This document shows positions 36,437 through 37,558 of a stretch of DNA of 37,558 bases, piece by piece. Numbering within the stretch: the stretch's first letter is position 1; each line of letters opens with the position of its first letter. The notes below the pieces were generated by a model that was not told the origin of the DNA, searched no databases, and saw only the letters and a list, made by a program, of their open reading frames with translations. Source of the DNA: Paecilomyces variotii (Eukaryota); assembly GCA_004022145.1 (NCBI GenBank), contig RCNU01000036.1; one strand, written 5' to 3'. The position numbers and the translations under genes were made by a program.

Positions 36437-37558
36437 ATATAATTCTCTGCTAATTAAATTACTTAACTAGGCGAATTACTTTAAGCTCTCTTTATAATTA
36501 TTAAATTAATTTTATTTAAATACTTACTATACTATTAAAATAGCTTAAATTATCTAAAGATTTTACTAAGTAAAAGAAGAGAATTCTATTAGTAATTTAG
36601 GCTTTAAAAGAAAAAATCAGATTTTATTTATATAAAAAGCAATATTAATTTTTAAAATTCTCTATATAACTCTTTAAATATAATTTTATAAGTATTATTT
36701 TTATAATAATATATAAAATAATATATTTAAGTTATTTAATTTACAAGAGAAATTACTTATATAATAAATATTATTTATAGATTAATATAGAGTAAATTCT
36801 TAATTTATCTAGATTTAAAGAATAATAAGTCTTTTTATAGATAAAATAATAAGATTTAACTAAATAAAAATTAGGTATTTATATTAAATATTATATTAAG
36901 CTAAAGACTATTTATTTTAGGCGATATCTTATAAATAAGCTAAATATAAAGACCTAAGGATAATTAAATCTTAGTTTAATTATATTTAAATTAGTAGAAT
37001 ATAATATAGAATTATAAATAAAGATATTTATAATTTTAATAAAACTAGATAAATTATAAGCTTTTTTACTACTGCTAAAATAATAATATAAGCTAAATAT
37101 TATAAAAAGTATTAAGTTATTTAGCTAAAGAATTATAAATAGATTATTTTAATTAAATATATTAATACTATAGAATAGACTTTATCTCTATATATTATTT
37201 TTAAAGTAAAAACCTATATATAAGCTTAATATAAGAATCTTAATATATTAAAGGATTAGAGAATTAAAATTAGTAATAATAGCTAAACTATAGATTAAAT
37301 TAAATTATATTAGCTTTAAAAGATTTTTATATCTTAAATAATTTATTAAAAAGTTAAATAATATATTCTTTTAATTTTAGATAAGTATAATAGTTATTTA
37401 ATCTTAAAATTTAATAAAATATATAATAAAAATAATATTATTGCAATTTATATACTAGTATATTTATTAGCTTATTATTAATCTCTAAATATTAGCTATT
37501 TTAAACCTTTAAAAAGATATATAGTTATTTAGTTTAAAATAAGTAGTAATAGGATTTA
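36437..37558 (+). mobile_element. Second Fot1/pogo DNA transposon (Fot-B), heavily RIPped, running off the window end
   Basis: Left TIR relic ATATAATTCTCTGCTAATTAAATTAC... after TA (36435-36436). Transposase motifs AKYKDLRIIKS*F (AKCEDP...WF), DIYNFNKTR (DIYNFDETG), *RIKISNNS*TID (WRIxxSxNGWTTD), LDKYNSYL (LDGHxSH) and LL*SLNISYF (LLQPLDVGCF). Confidence 0.88.

Larger units (their letters stand above)
1..37558. other. RIP-degraded AT-rich transposon block (fungal heterochromatin-like isochore)
   Basis: TpA is pervasive and CpA/TpG are rare. Paired repeats differ almost only by C>T/G>A transitions. Conserved TE motifs carry TAA/TAG at Q/W positions and N at D positions (e.g. YVDD reads YINN). 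The supplied track has only one short ORF. Confidence 0.95.

Noticed and set aside
36444..36484. Right TIR of Fot-A (...GGCGAATTACTTTA)
   Set aside because: It matches the Fot-A left end only over GTAATTC and is fully explained as part of the Fot-B left TIR.
1..37558. AT-rich organelle, endosymbiont or alternative-genetic-code genome, or a Starship giant element
   Set aside because: Stops fall at Q/W positions together with D>N, G>S/R and H>Y transitions, which indicates RIP rather than recoding. No rRNA, housekeeping or tyrosine-recombinase captain motifs were recognised.

Overview
This is a gene-free, very AT-rich block from a filamentous ascomycete genome, made almost entirely of nested transposable elements degraded by repeat-induced point mutation (RIP). 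TpA is abundant, CpA/TpG are depleted, and Q/W codons have become TAA/TAG. No intact protein-coding gene is present. Reversing C>T/G>A changes by eye recovers the following. (1) A minus-strand Helitron Rep/helicase relic, bordered by a Copia solo LTR (11-298) and split by a full Copia element (2152-7584), which itself holds a 475-bp TRIM. (2) A PIF/Harbinger transposase with a convergent coiled-coil partner ORF and about 1.3 kb of unexplained sequence. (3) A TA-flanked MITE. (4) A Fot1/pogo relic split by two chromoviral Gypsy elements (11703-21008 on +, 21962-36290 on -). These contain a solo LTR, a DD34E Tc1 element, a 437-bp MITE and a second Copia inserted inside an LTR. (5) A second Fot1/pogo element running off the right end. 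The most notable points are two Copia families with TSD-verified non-canonical LTR ends (TT...GA and TG...CT), a TRIM with an internal Pol III B box, a Gypsy with an extra env-position frame, and a MITE whose likely autonomous partner lies in the same window. All protein calls are manual motif readings with no database searches run.
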